Under the pieces are notes generated by a model, which made no database searches, was not told the origin of the DNA, and worked only from the letters and a program-made list of their open reading frames with translations. Source: a virus. Taken from it: a stretch of 64,000 nucleotides of DNA. A program made the position numbers and the translations under genes. Shown piece by piece: positions 21,270-31,298 of this stretch. Position 1 is the first letter of the stretch, and every line of letters begins with the position of its first letter. The stretch lies in the IMG/VR virus record IMGVR_UViG_3300025280_000023, positions 32,001-96,000 of that record. One strand, 5' to 3'.

Positions 21270-22031
21270 TTAAGTACAATAGACCGTCTTGTAGAATTCA
21301 CATCTTCCACATGATAGCCTATTTTTGTAAAACTTCTTTTTATCAATGAATCCAATTGCTTTAACAAGTAATTTAAGGGCGTTACTCACCCTTCTCTCCC
21401 CCGTTGAGACCCTGAATATCTCTACTTTCTGCTTTTTGTTCGTTCTTTTTAACAAAGCAAAGTGTGTCTCAATATCTTTAGCGTCAATATTGTGCTTTAT
21501 AGAAAAGAAATGTTTATATAAAGCGAGTTGATACGTTATTATCTTTTCGTTCTTTTTTCTAGAATCCCATCCCCAAGAACAGGATTTCCAGTCAACTATA
21601 TGGTACTTATCATCTTTTTTTACAACTAAATCTATATAACCCTTAAAATTACATAAGTCAAGGTTATTATAAACTATTTTTTCGTATATCTCTTCTTCAG
21701 TTGAGTAGACTTCATGCTCTCCGAAGTATTCTTTCACCGCCGGCATGATATTCGGTATAATCTCTATACCTTGTTTCAAAAAGATATTGCGCTCTTCATC
21801 TTGAACGGATTCATTCAACAATGAAAGTTCTTTTAGGAACTCGTCTCTAAAAGACTCTTCTTCAACCTCATCACCCAGAACAAGTGTTTCACATGCCTTA
21901 TGTATTGCTGTACCAAACGCGGTATATATATTCCCCTTAAACAGCTTATTACCATCAACGTATGCAATTTTATGCTGATAAGGGCAGGAGTGCCACTTTG
22001 AAAGCTCAGAATAAGATATGTGTTTTCTCAC
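21270..22031 (-). CDS. PD-(D/E)XK nuclease (RecB/Cas4-like, four-Cys Fe-S staple)
   Basis: ISYS...CP, GTAIH, GYIDLV..IVDWKS, C-terminal CGRC...C. Confidence 0.88.
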   Translation of the reverse strand: MRKHISYSELSKWHSCPYQHKIAYVDGNKLFKGNIYTAFGTAIHKACETLVLGDEVEEESFRDEFLKELSLLNESVQDEERNIFLKQGIEIIPNIMPAVKEYFGEHEVYSTEEEIYEKIVYNNLDLCNFKGYIDLVVKKDDKYHIVDWKSCSWGWDSRKKNEKIITYQLALYKHFFSIKHNIDAKDIETHFALLKRTNKKQKVEIFRVSTGERRVSNALKLLVKAIGFIDKKKFYKNRLSCGRCEFYKTVYCT

Positions 22032-22459
22032 TACGCACCTGACGTTTTTCTTCTATTCTTTTTCCTCTTAGAGGATACGGGCGTTTTACTTTCTTGTAAA
22101 GATTTATTTTTTGGCTGGACACTTAAGGGTGTCGCTATACTCGCCGCTGGCTTGGGAGCCGGGTTCGTATTTTTTTCAGGCGACTTTCTTTTCGTAATTC
22201 GGCTATCCTTGAAGGGGAGACTTGACCGTTTGGCCTGTTCCACCGTCTTATCTCCAGGTTCAAAGACCCACGTACCAGATTTGTTAGAGAAGTTTACGAC
22301 AGTGTTCTTTAAGCACCTACCGACGCTTATCTCTTCTTCTCTCAACTTTTCCATCAACAAGGAGCACGTTATTCTACCACGCTCTTCAAAGCGAGGATCA
22401 AATTCTCCCCTGACGTGAACTTCTAGTCCCCGGCTTGTTAAATTTAATTTAATATCCAT
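22031..22459 (-). CDS. Hypothetical protein with basic low-complexity C-terminus
   Basis: Abutting operon ORF. Confidence 0.65.
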   Translation of the reverse strand: MDIKLNLTSRGLEVHVRGEFDPRFEERGRITCSLLMEKLREEEISVGRCLKNTVVNFSNKSGTWVFEPGDKTVEQAKRSSLPFKDSRITKRKSPEKNTNPAPKPAASIATPLSVQPKNKSLQESKTPVSSKRKKNRRKTSGA

Positions 22460-23117
22460 TGATGAACTCCTCTAGGGCTTCTATCGCTTTATAAACAGAC
22501 GGACTAATTTTTCTAACCCGCCCTAGCTTACCTAAGTAGTAAGATTCAAAGCCATTTGCGAAATATTCTCTAATCGACGTAGCCCCGTAAGGCGTTACAA
22601 AGAGTTCTCCGACGATTTTCCTCATGAGATCATAAGTAACCTCTTTGTACAAAAATTGATCAATCTCCTGATCCCACTTTAATTCAAACTCAAAATGTGG
22701 GGGGGCCTGAAACCCCCTCTGCTGTAGGGCCTTAGATAATTTTCTTCTTTTTATCAGGAATTCTTGAACGATTTCGTCGTCCCCATAGATCTCATCGTAA
22801 GCGATTCTCTCTAGATTATGAGCGACCTCGTGTATTATATCATCTATGAGGTCTTTATCATTATCCTGCTCGTTATCAATATACATAGTACCCTTGAAAA
22901 ACATAGCATTCGTCTCGTTATCTTCAAGTTCCTTGAACTTTCCAATATAAATTGAATCGATCCCAGTGAAGTAGACCTCTGGTAATATACCTTGTATTGT
23001 GTTTATAACATCAAATAAATTAATGTATTTAGGTAACGGATCTTTTATAATTATAGGGGATCCAAATATCTTTGGATCGGTTTTACTTTTAGTAGTTTCT
23101 ATTATGTACTTCTTCAT
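22449..23117 (-). CDS. Zincin-like metallopeptidase
   Basis: HEVAH (HExxH) plus distal YGATSIREYFANGF. Confidence 0.7.
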   Translation of the reverse strand: MKKYIIETTKSKTDPKIFGSPIIIKDPLPKYINLFDVINTIQGILPEVYFTGIDSIYIGKFKELEDNETNAMFFKGTMYIDNEQDNDKDLIDDIIHEVAHNLERIAYDEIYGDDEIVQEFLIKRRKLSKALQQRGFQAPPHFEFELKWDQEIDQFLYKEVTYDLMRKIVGELFVTPYGATSIREYFANGFESYYLGKLGRVRKISPSVYKAIEALEEFINGY

Positions 23118-23454
23118 TATTATTTTTTATTTCTAGATATTCTTTAGTATTATACCGGACTCTCATTTTCTTAAATGTATCAAGTTTAATACCTAACATC
23201 AAACATATTTCCTTTTGTGTCCTTTTATAGGTCTCAGCAAAGTTTAAAACTGATTCCTTAACAATAAAGTCCAACACATGATACAATGGGAAACAAAATT
23301 TTCCATTAAGTAACTTACACATTAACTCTAGTTTAAGAGAAAGGATCTCTTCTATGGATAAAGAATTTAGTAAAACCTCAAATTCCTTATGGATCCCTTT
23401 CTCTGTTCTTAATTTATGTGAAATACTAAAGTATTTATTTTTTGTGCGTTCCAT
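23089..23454 (-). CDS. Hypothetical protein, possible Fis-type HTH
   Basis: C-terminal TQKEICLMLGIKLDTF resembles an HTH. Confidence 0.55.
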   Translation of the reverse strand: MERTKNKYFSISHKLRTEKGIHKEFEVLLNSLSIEEILSLKLELMCKLLNGKFCFPLYHVLDFIVKESVLNFAETYKRTQKEICLMLGIKLDTFKKMRVRYNTKEYLEIKNNNEEVHNRNY

Positions 23455-23456
23455 TT

Positions 23457-23588
23457 GTACCTAGGGTACCTAGGGTACCATATATTGGATCTCTTGTAAA
23501 GCTTTAATATACTATTAAATATAACTAATACTTAAATACATAAAGTAAAGGATCCAACACATTGGGATCCAATACATTGGGATCCAAT
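23457..23588. repeat. Intergenic palindromic tandem repeats flanking an AT-rich spacer
   Basis: (GTACCTAGG)2-GTACC at 23457-23479; GGATCCAA(C/T)ACATTG x2.5 at 23550-23588. Confidence 0.8.
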
Positions 23589-23591
23589 CTA

Positions 23592-24266
23592 TTAAGTCCT
23601 GGGAGCGTTTAAAGAAATATCCTCTTCGAAAGACTTCATATATAAACGTAAATTTTTAATTAAATATTTAGAGAAGGTTTTACGATCCCCTTCATCTGCT
23701 AAGAGTTCTGCTGAAGTTACTATTTTAGATTCTATTTTTTTAAACGTTTCATAGGCCATATTACGACCTGTCTCATCGAGACCAGAAATCCGGAAATCCT
23801 GCCTCTCCCTATCTTCATCTGATACAATCTCGTCTTCAATATCAAGGAGACCCTCATCATCAAGACCAAGCATCTTTAGGATTTCTTCATCTTCATCTTC
23901 GTCTTTGTATAGTTTGATCTTTAAGCCTTCATCTATGCCTTCGTGTCTAGCATGGTCAAGGCTTAACAGGTTTTGAACCGCTTTAACTAAATGCAGAGAA
24001 AAAGATTTCCTCTGTTCAACACTGGTACCAAGGTCCTTGTATCCGTCTTCAATAGACGGTATAATCTCTTTTAAGAGATCCTCTAAGACATTAATCGCCG
24101 TGGAGCGAGTAGGAAATCTTCCCATCTCTACTTCTTTTAAAAGACCTCGTACAGTGGTTTTTATGTAGGCCTCTTTAATAGCTTCTTTCTCAAGATTGTC
24201 CATGACAACCTTAGAGATCTCCTCTCGTATGACTCTTTCCTGCAAAACTTTAAGCCTATCTACCAT
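23592..24266 (-). CDS. Hypothetical acidic protein, probably head-associated
   Basis: Helical N-terminus with repeated I/L-x-E sites (LQE, IRE, IKE, LKE). Confidence 0.6.
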   Translation of the reverse strand: MVDRLKVLQERVIREEISKVVMDNLEKEAIKEAYIKTTVRGLLKEVEMGRFPTRSTAINVLEDLLKEIIPSIEDGYKDLGTSVEQRKSFSLHLVKAVQNLLSLDHARHEGIDEGLKIKLYKDEDEDEEILKMLGLDDEGLLDIEDEIVSDEDRERQDFRISGLDETGRNMAYETFKKIESKIVTSAELLADEGDRKTFSKYLIKNLRLYMKSFEEDISLNAPRT

Positions 24267-24267
24267 G

Positions 24268-24762
24268 TTAATTACCAAATTGAGATTCTTTACCCTTGTC
24301 TAATTCAAGAGCGACATTGCCGGTGGTTGCCTTCACAACTGCCTTCTTAGCTCCCGGGCGAGGCAAACCACCTGCCTGGGTTCCTACAACCTCGGAGGAG
24401 TCCCCTAAATCCACATTATATGGGCCTCCAGCATCTTCAACGTCTTGGTCAGTCGTATGTGAAAATGGACCCGGAGTTCCTTGAACATCTCCCCCGGCCA
24501 CAGAGGACGTTTCAATCACGACCCCTTCTAACAGAATATCCCGCTCTTCAACGGCTTCATTAAGATTTCTTTCCATCTTACTAAGTTCGGTCTTCAAAGA
24601 CTTAAGACGCTTTTTGATTGAATGGACTCTGTTTCTATCGCCATCCGTTCTAACTCTTAAATTTTCTAACAAGTCTTGAATTGTCCTGAAGTCATCCCTC
24701 CAAGATTCCTGAACTAAAAAGTCTCCCTTAATAAACTTCTTTGTTAATTTTTTATAATTCAT
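24268..24762 (-). CDS. Hypothetical coiled-coil protein
   Basis: GGAGA SD; coiled-coil middle region. Confidence 0.65.
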   Translation of the reverse strand: MNYKKLTKKFIKGDFLVQESWRDDFRTIQDLLENLRVRTDGDRNRVHSIKKRLKSLKTELSKMERNLNEAVEERDILLEGVVIETSSVAGGDVQGTPGPFSHTTDQDVEDAGGPYNVDLGDSSEVVGTQAGGLPRPGAKKAVVKATTGNVALELDKGKESQFGN

Positions 24763-24774
24763 CTTTATCTCCGA

Positions 24775-25248
24775 TTATGTGGAGGCCACAAAAAATTCTA
24801 TATCGCACGCGGCGGTATCTGCTAGTGCGGTTATGTTAACCAGGTCACCCAAGGCAAGAGTTAAACCTGCGCCGTCTATCGCGTCCATGGTGTCTACTAC
24901 ACCTCCAGAATTATCACCCGGATAAATAAATGAGTGGCTAGCGTCTACCTTGATTGCAAATTCATCATTGTTTTCGTTCTTAAAAGTCAACGTGATATGG
25001 TTTGTATCATCAAGGTTAGTAATTCTAATGTATTTAACGCTACCTTCTAAAAATGTCCCACTTCCAACTGCGGTTCCGCTAAAAGCCAAAATCTCAACTT
25101 CCGTAATTGGAATAGTGACAATTCTTTTAGAGATTTCATTTATCCCAGAAAGGCTAACAGTAGCTTGGCTACCTCGTTGTCGGCCATCTAGAATGATGTC
25201 TTCAACTATCTTAACTTTTAATGTGGCTGACGAAAGTTTACTTGCCAT
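24775..25248 (-). CDS. Putative virion structural protein (beta-rich)
   Basis: KYIRITNLDDTN...CDIEFFVAS, alternating beta pattern. Confidence 0.55.
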   Translation of the reverse strand: MASKLSSATLKVKIVEDIILDGRQRGSQATVSLSGINEISKRIVTIPITEVEILAFSGTAVGSGTFLEGSVKYIRITNLDDTNHITLTFKNENNDEFAIKVDASHSFIYPGDNSGGVVDTMDAIDGAGLTLALGDLVNITALADTAACDIEFFVAST

Positions 25249-25251
25249 CGA

Positions 25252-26118
25252 TTAGTTCTCATTAAGTTTATCAACAATTAAATCAAAATCATATCCATCT
25301 TTTTGTAATTGTTTTTTGTTTTCATGAAACCAAGTTAGCATTAGAGAATTCGATTCTTCTTCGGTTCTTTCATTGAGCACCTTTACGACCCTTTCTGGAT
25401 CATATCCGTCGCTTTTTAGGGGCTTTAGATTTTCTATAAGCCAACCGCGAACGACGGCGGACTTCGATTCCCATAGGCCATCTTCGGGATCTCTATTAAA
25501 GGAGGGGTCGGAGTCACCAACTAGGTCTTCCCATGTCATATCTCGATTGTATGCCGTATCGCCATATCCGTCATCCCTGGTCCTAGGAATTTGACCCCTG
25601 TCTATTTCACCGGCATCGAATTTATGTCCTAATTCTTCAAAGCCACCTGATGCTTTGAATCCTTTTGGATCGCCCTGCTGTAGTGTTTGACCCCATGACC
25701 GCACATCTGTGGGCAAATCTTTCCCCGAATACCCGGGTACTTTCCTAGGATCTACTTTTTGTCCTAATCCTTTAATACCACCGATGCTATCAAGGGCACC
25801 GGGGGCTCCCTGTTCTAGTTCTTCTCCGTATGATTGCACATGACCAGGGAGCCCATGCTCGCCTCTTAGGTCGGTCATGCCCTTGGTTGTTCTACCGCTA
25901 ATATCACCAAGGTTGCCAGCCATGCCTCCGGCAGGCATGCCGCCAGCAAAATCCCGACCATATGCGTCACCAAGATCGTCATCTCTATCATAAGACCAAT
26001 CCTCTGATAGATCACCAGATATATCGTCTCTATTAGTTTCGTAGTGCTGCTTAAGATCTTCTGTCAAAGAAGCTTCGTTAATCTCTTTTCTGAGATCTGC
26101 AAGTTCATCGCTATTCAT
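25252..26118 (-). CDS. Hypothetical acidic Gly-rich protein with two internal duplications
   Basis: LPGHVQSYGEELEQG/LPTDVRSWGQTLQQG pair and WLIENLKPLKSDGYD/WFHENKKQLQKDGYD pair. Confidence 0.7.
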   Translation of the reverse strand: MNSDELADLRKEINEASLTEDLKQHYETNRDDISGDLSEDWSYDRDDDLGDAYGRDFAGGMPAGGMAGNLGDISGRTTKGMTDLRGEHGLPGHVQSYGEELEQGAPGALDSIGGIKGLGQKVDPRKVPGYSGKDLPTDVRSWGQTLQQGDPKGFKASGGFEELGHKFDAGEIDRGQIPRTRDDGYGDTAYNRDMTWEDLVGDSDPSFNRDPEDGLWESKSAVVRGWLIENLKPLKSDGYDPERVVKVLNERTEEESNSLMLTWFHENKKQLQKDGYDFDLIVDKLNEN

Positions 26119-26269
26119 TTTCTTCTTCCTCTATCTTATCAACACCCTCTTCGAGAACAAGAGCCTCGGTCTCAGTATCGGTATGATGGTTTTCGTTTAT
26201 TAGTTTGTAAGTGTAGGGCCGAGCGGATTTAATACCCTCTTTAATAGCTTTCTTGAAGTCGAATGACAT
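26111..26269 (-). CDS. Small acidic protein (52 aa, MSFDFKKAIKEG...), not in ORF track
   Basis: AGGAG SD; stop overlaps the next start. Confidence 0.7.
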   Translation of the reverse strand: MSFDFKKAIKEGIKSARPYTYKLINENHHTDTETEALVLEEGVDKIEEEENE

Positions 26270-26287
26270 GATATTTTCTCCTATATG

Positions 26288-26575
26288 TTATTCAGGTGTT
26301 GATTTTGGCTTCTGTGAACGTGTCTTCCTAGCAGGCTTGTCTGGCACCGCAGGCTCGGGTGCAGAAGTAGGTGTAGGCTCTGGCTCAGGAGCAGGCTCAG
26401 GAGCAAGAACAGGAGCAGGCTTGGGCGTAGGCTTAGGCCTGTGAGCCTGCGTTTTATTAGGGGGTGCCGGCTTTGACTCGGGCCCTGGAGCGGCCTCAGT
26501 TACCCCGCCTCTCCGAGCTTTCTGCGTTTTTAATAAGGCTCTTTTTCTGGCTAATCTAGTTCCTGGTGATCCCAT
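26288..26575 (-). CDS. Pro/Ala-rich basic protein
   Basis: PEPAPEPEPTP low complexity; abuts neighbours. Confidence 0.6.
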   Translation of the reverse strand: MGSPGTRLARKRALLKTQKARRGGVTEAAPGPESKPAPPNKTQAHRPKPTPKPAPVLAPEPAPEPEPTPTSAPEPAVPDKPARKTRSQKPKSTPE

Positions 26576-26934
26576 TACAGTATCCCTCCTAATCCGGTAT
26601 ACTTCTTCTTCTTTTTATAGAAGTCTTTAAATTTAATTTTAACGATGTTGTCAATGTTCACTATTCTTCTATGTAGTTCAGTTAAATACTTTTTTGGATG
26701 CTCGCCTTCTAGCGGCAAATATTTAATTTTTATGCTACTAACGTTTCTCCTATCGGAAGAAGCGACAGATGGATTTAAACTACTCACAATAGTAATTCCA
26801 CGAAGACCTCGTATTTCTGTGAGAATATCCGAAATATTCCTGTCGGAAGCAGATGTCATGATTGCTTCAATAGAAACAACCTTGCCCTCAATAATTGAGA
26901 TGGCTTCCTTAACAATAGTACGTAGTTCTTCCAT
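26575..26934 (-). CDS. Hypothetical protein, probably virion-associated
   Basis: MEELRTIVKEA N-terminus; CTAATTAT motif 5 nt upstream. Confidence 0.65.
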   Translation of the reverse strand: MEELRTIVKEAISIIEGKVVSIEAIMTSASDRNISDILTEIRGLRGITIVSSLNPSVASSDRRNVSSIKIKYLPLEGEHPKKYLTELHRRIVNIDNIVKIKFKDFYKKKKKYTGLGGIL

Positions 26935-27026
26935 TTGTTATAATTAGTTTAGTGAACCACAAAAATATGTATAATGGTCAAGAATGAATTTATATCGGAG
27001 TCTCTAATTATAAAAAGAGGGTTCAA

Positions 27027-28337
27027 GTGAGTAAAAAAATATATGTTTTAGATACAAGTGTTTACCTCACAGATGCAAATTCAGTCTACAGCTTTGGAAG
27101 GAACGACATAGTTGTACCTCTAAAAGTACTAGAAGAAATTGATAAGCATAAAAAGCGTCAAGATGGGGTTGGTGCAAACGCAAGATCAATCATACGAATA
27201 CTAGACAAACTTCGCTCTAAGGGAAATTTAAACCAGGGCGTCAGGGTAGAAAAGTACAAAGGCATGATTTATGCCAAAAATTATGATCCTGGCGTACTGC
27301 CTTCTGGTTTTGATATTAGTAATCCCGATAACGAAATCATTGCAACGGCACTCACAGAGAAGAGGAATAACCCGAAGAAAGAAATTGTTGTTGTCTCCAG
27401 GGACATAAACATGAGAGTCAAGTGCGATGCGCTCCAAGTAAAGACTCATGATTTTATTTCTGACGAGATTATTTCAAACACAGATGATTTATTTACGGGG
27501 ATGGCAACGCATCTAGTAGATGAACAAGTCGTAGATATGTTTTACGCGGGCGAAGATGTGTTTATCTCTGCGGAAGAAGCGAAGCTTCATCCCAATCAAT
27601 TTGTGATGTTGATATCAAATTCTAATGAGAAAAAGACTGCTCTTGCAAGATTCAACCACCATTCAGAACCCCTTAAAAAAATAGTGGAGTTCAAGAATGG
27701 ATTGTGGGGAATAAGACCTAGAAATAAAGAGCAGGCATTTGCCGCTAATTTACTCATGGATGAGTCGGTTCCAATAGTAACAATTGTGGGCAAGGCTGGG
27801 ACCGGGAAAACGTTATATGCCTTAAGTGCGGCGCTAGAACAGGTAGTAGAGAGCCAAAAATATACTAAAATTCTTGTCTCTAGGCCAGTGCAACCGATGG
27901 GTAAAGACATAGGGTTCCTCCCGGGGGATATAAAAGAAAAACTATTGCCATGGTTAATGCCGGTGCAAGATAATCTTCAATTTTTGATGGGTAACGACAA
28001 AACAACCCTAGAAATGTATATGGAGAACGGTACAATAGAGATTGAAGCCTTATCATACATTAGAGGCCGCTCTATTTCTAACGCCTTTATAATCATTGAT
28101 GAAACCCAAAACTTATCGAAGCACGAACTTAAAACAATCATTACCCGTGTTGGAGAGGGGACCAAGATTGTCTTGACCGGAGATATTGAACAAATCGACA
28201 GCATGTACCTGGACTCTACATCAAACGGGCTATCCCATGCGGTAGAAAGTTTTAAGGTATGCGATTTGTCCGGGCACGTAACACTATTGAAGGGAGAGCG
28301 GTCAAAGGTAGCAACTTTAGCCGCCAAGGTGCTGTGA
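27027..28337 (+). CDS. phoH: PIN-domain PhoH family ATPase
   Basis: VLDTSV PIN start, DNEII, DINMR; GKAGTGKT Walker A, RP, GFLPG, RGRS, DETQN, GDIEQID. Confidence 0.95.
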   Translation: MSKKIYVLDTSVYLTDANSVYSFGRNDIVVPLKVLEEIDKHKKRQDGVGANARSIIRILDKLRSKGNLNQGVRVEKYKGMIYAKNYDPGVLPSGFDISNPDNEIIATALTEKRNNPKKEIVVVSRDINMRVKCDALQVKTHDFISDEIISNTDDLFTGMATHLVDEQVVDMFYAGEDVFISAEEAKLHPNQFVMLISNSNEKKTALARFNHHSEPLKKIVEFKNGLWGIRPRNKEQAFAANLLMDESVPIVTIVGKAGTGKTLYALSAALEQVVESQKYTKILVSRPVQPMGKDIGFLPGDIKEKLLPWLMPVQDNLQFLMGNDKTTLEMYMENGTIEIEALSYIRGRSISNAFIIIDETQNLSKHELKTIITRVGEGTKIVLTGDIEQIDSMYLDSTSNGLSHAVESFKVCDLSGHVTLLKGERSKVATLAAKVL

Positions 28338-28603
28338 TATCAAAAACAAAATACAAAACTATAGGACACGACAATTATGAGGTTATTGTTGTGGACAAAA
28401 AAGGGGAAGAAACCGTCATAGGGAGAGTTTTTAAAAAGCTTGGCGAGAATAAATGGAAATTTAAGCCATATTTTAAACTTGCGAAAGAACAAATAATGTA
28501 TATAATAAAAGAGCATCATAGTTTTGTAGAGGCGGGAAGAACCCTATCAAAGCTATGGGAAAATTCCCTATTCTTCAACTTCTTTGATGGAGAACTACTT
28601 TAA
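28334..28603 (+). CDS. Hypothetical protein
   Basis: GTGA overlap with phoH stop; abuts the next gene. Confidence 0.65.
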   Translation: MISKTKYKTIGHDNYEVIVVDKKGEETVIGRVFKKLGENKWKFKPYFKLAKEQIMYIIKEHHSFVEAGRTLSKLWENSLFFNFFDGELL

Positions 28604-30496
28604 ATGAAAAGGCTCCTACTTCTTTTTATTGTCCTGGTACCACTATACTCCTGTGCCGATAAAGTGACAGAGGGCGAAGACGGGGACATAGGGCTTACAC
28701 CTATTATCCCAATTTATGATCCGTCATTGATAATGAACATCAAGGCGATGACGCCGCACGAGTACCAGCAGGAGTGCATCAGGCGGGAATATTATTTTTG
28801 TGATCTAGACGCCAAGACAAAGATGGAAGTCGTAAAGGATATATGTTTCGATCCCCCCAAGATCCTAAGTGTCGGTGAGTGCGAAGAGTTTTTGGAATGC
28901 GATCCAACGCAATACCTAATAGGTACGATAGAATGCGTAACATGGGATGGATATCCAGGAACGCAGGACGAGGTTTGTGATAAAGGAACCATTAAGTATA
29001 CGGAATGTGTAAGTCTGTGCGAAGAAGAGATATGCGATGGGGAAGATAATGATTGTGATGACCAGATTGATGAAGGCCAGCTAAATGATTGTGGCCTGTG
29101 TGGGTTCTTGCCCGAAGAAGTATGCGATGGTGTGGACAATGATTGCGACGGCTCTACAGATGAAGACCTGCTTCAAGAATGTTTTACAGCGTGCGGAACG
29201 GGCGTAGAATATTGTATTGGTGGGAATTGGGTTTCGTGTACAGCCCCTCCCGTCCAGGTGGAAATATGCGATGGATTTGACAATGATTGTGATGGACAAA
29301 TTGATGAGGAACTCAACTGCGGATGTACCATCGGTCATGTGGGAGTTTTATTCCCCTGCAACGAGTCGCCCCTTATATGTGGTAAGGGGTATAAGACCTG
29401 TGAATGCCTTGACCCAGGATGTACGTCTTTATCGATGACAGATTGTATGGCCGCCTGTGTCTACTTTCCTGATCCCGATGAACCCTGTGATCCAACGGTT
29501 GGACAGCCTCTCAAAGAAGAGGAATGCAACAACTTTGATGATAATTGTAACGAGCTTATAGACGAAGACCTGTTCGGCCAATGCTATACAGGGGACCCCG
29601 CGACCCTATACGTAGGCATATGCGAACCTGGAATCATGACGTGTAAAGAGGGCACCTGGGGAGGGGTCCATGATGAAATACAAGAATTCATCCCTGGGTT
29701 CTGCGATGGTGAAATTGTACCACAAGAAGAAATATGTAATGGTGTTGATGACGACTGTGACGGCGTTACTGATTCAGGAGAGGAGTTAGACCCTGTTGAT
29801 ATCTTGTTTATTATCGATTGGTCCGGTTCTATGTATATTGAAATAAATGCCGTCATGACCGCCCTTAATAAGTTTGCTAGTAATTACATTGACGAAGAAG
29901 TCCTACAATGGGGTACTATCATTGGTCCACTGGACTCCCCTGCTAACTCCTCAGGTAAAGAATACCTTAAGCTTCATCATAACCTATCTGGGTTTACTGA
30001 TTTTATATCCGCAATGTCACAATTGAATTTAAACTCGTACACAATGATTGGTGCCCGCGAAATGATGTATGACGCAATATATTTAGCCATGCATAACTTG
30101 GTGGGTGCTTCTTCTTTGCCGGTTGCCATAGCAGATGTCGTATGGGATACAATAAAGGGCGTTACTGAGTCGTCTCCTCCTAAAGAAGACTTTGTTATCG
30201 ATTGGCGTACTGATTCAGACGTAGAAAGGGTTATCATTATCTTTACCGATGAAACTCCGCAATCTTACTTCTTACCCAAGATAACTCAATTGGATCTGTT
30301 GGATTTGATTTCTAAGACGTTTAATACTAAGATATATGTGTTTACAAAGGACTGGCATAAAGAAAACGGCATGTATAACGATGGCTGGGAGCCTATTTGT
30401 ATCGCTTCTGGAGGGAAATATTACGAGTTAACTTCTGATATGCTTACTATGTATAATAACCTTGTGGAGATCATTGATGAAAATGCCTGCAAGTAG
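28604..30496 (+). CDS. Lipoprotein with five myxobacterial-type Cys/Asp repeats (ExCDGxDNDCDG) and a C-terminal vWA domain
   Basis: Signal peptide plus LYSC lipobox; repeats such as EEICDGEDNDCDDQIDE; MIDAS DWSGS and IIFTDE. Confidence 0.88.
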   Translation: MKRLLLLFIVLVPLYSCADKVTEGEDGDIGLTPIIPIYDPSLIMNIKAMTPHEYQQECIRREYYFCDLDAKTKMEVVKDICFDPPKILSVGECEEFLECDPTQYLIGTIECVTWDGYPGTQDEVCDKGTIKYTECVSLCEEEICDGEDNDCDDQIDEGQLNDCGLCGFLPEEVCDGVDNDCDGSTDEDLLQECFTACGTGVEYCIGGNWVSCTAPPVQVEICDGFDNDCDGQIDEELNCGCTIGHVGVLFPCNESPLICGKGYKTCECLDPGCTSLSMTDCMAACVYFPDPDEPCDPTVGQPLKEEECNNFDDNCNELIDEDLFGQCYTGDPATLYVGICEPGIMTCKEGTWGGVHDEIQEFIPGFCDGEIVPQEEICNGVDDDCDGVTDSGEELDPVDILFIIDWSGSMYIEINAVMTALNKFASNYIDEEVLQWGTIIGPLDSPANSSGKEYLKLHHNLSGFTDFISAMSQLNLNSYTMIGAREMMYDAIYLAMHNLVGASSLPVAIADVVWDTIKGVTESSPPKEDFVIDWRTDSDVERVIIIFTDETPQSYFLPKITQLDLLDLISKTFNTKIYVFTKDWHKENGMYNDGWEPICIASGGKYYELTSDMLTMYNNLVEIIDENACK

Positions 30497-30507
30497 GAGC
30501 GGTCTAA

Positions 30508-30675
30508 ATGGATTCGGAGAGCCTGATGTGCCTCATATGCGCAGATATAGCTAAGGGAAACATGAATTCTCTAGAGGCAAGAAGAAACCTTGGTGAAATA
30601 CATTCTTCAATGAAAAAAGAGCATATTTTGGAAGTCTTAAGAAAAATATGGGAACTAGAAGATGAAGAAGAATAA
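30508..30675 (+). CDS. Small protein with CxxC (55 aa, MDSESLMCLICAD...), not in ORF track
   Basis: AGGAG SD; fills the gap. Confidence 0.7.
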   Translation: MDSESLMCLICADIAKGNMNSLEARRNLGEIHSSMKKEHILEVLRKIWELEDEEE

Positions 30676-30679
30676 GAGA

Positions 30680-31285
30680 GTGACTTGGGCCTGGACAGAG
30701 TTTTTAACTGAACTAGCTATGAGTCAGATTGGAGATCTTAAATCGGAGTGGTCTGTTATCGTCACTAAAGACAAGGACCAGTTCGACGAGACCTTTCAGA
30801 TTCTGATGGTCCAAGAAGATCCTAAATCTACTGCTATTAGCCTTCCACAAGGCAATTTTAATAAGGTGAAAGGGCAGGATGGGTCGTCTGCTCAAATAAT
30901 ACTTACTAAATACCATGAAGACACCGACTGTGATGCCTTTATTATCAATCAGGTAAGCGCCCCCAAGGGCTTTGGGCCCCTGCTGTATGATATTGCTCTG
31001 GAACTATCGGAGGACTCAGGGGCGATGCCGGATAGGATCTACGTAACAAAGGATGCCTATAAGGTGTGGGAGTACTATATGAATAGCAGGGTTGATGTTG
31101 AAACAAAACAACTAGAATACGGTGTATGCCCTTGGGAGCCAGGTGAATCAGACGAACACGGCTCTGACCATGACCTCTGGTACGATTCACCCCTTTCGAA
31201 AATTTATTATAAAAGAGACAGATCAGTAATAAAAAGTTTGACAGGGGCGAACAAGATGATATATAGAGTCGGAGACTTATTATAA
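30680..31285 (+). CDS. Putative GNAT-like protein with N-terminal tag (WTEFLTE)
   Basis: APKGFGPLLYD resembles the acetyl-CoA binding motif A; VTKDAYKVW. Confidence 0.5.
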   Translation: MTWAWTEFLTELAMSQIGDLKSEWSVIVTKDKDQFDETFQILMVQEDPKSTAISLPQGNFNKVKGQDGSSAQIILTKYHEDTDCDAFIINQVSAPKGFGPLLYDIALELSEDSGAMPDRIYVTKDAYKVWEYYMNSRVDVETKQLEYGVCPWEPGESDEHGSDHDLWYDSPLSKIYYKRDRSVIKSLTGANKMIYRVGDLL

Positions 31286-31298
31286 TAAGGAGAATCCA

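Noticed and set aside
21270-22031. Cas4-like nuclease as evidence of CRISPR-Cas
   Set aside because: No repeat-spacer array or other cas genes seen; solo PD-(D/E)XK nucleases are common in phages
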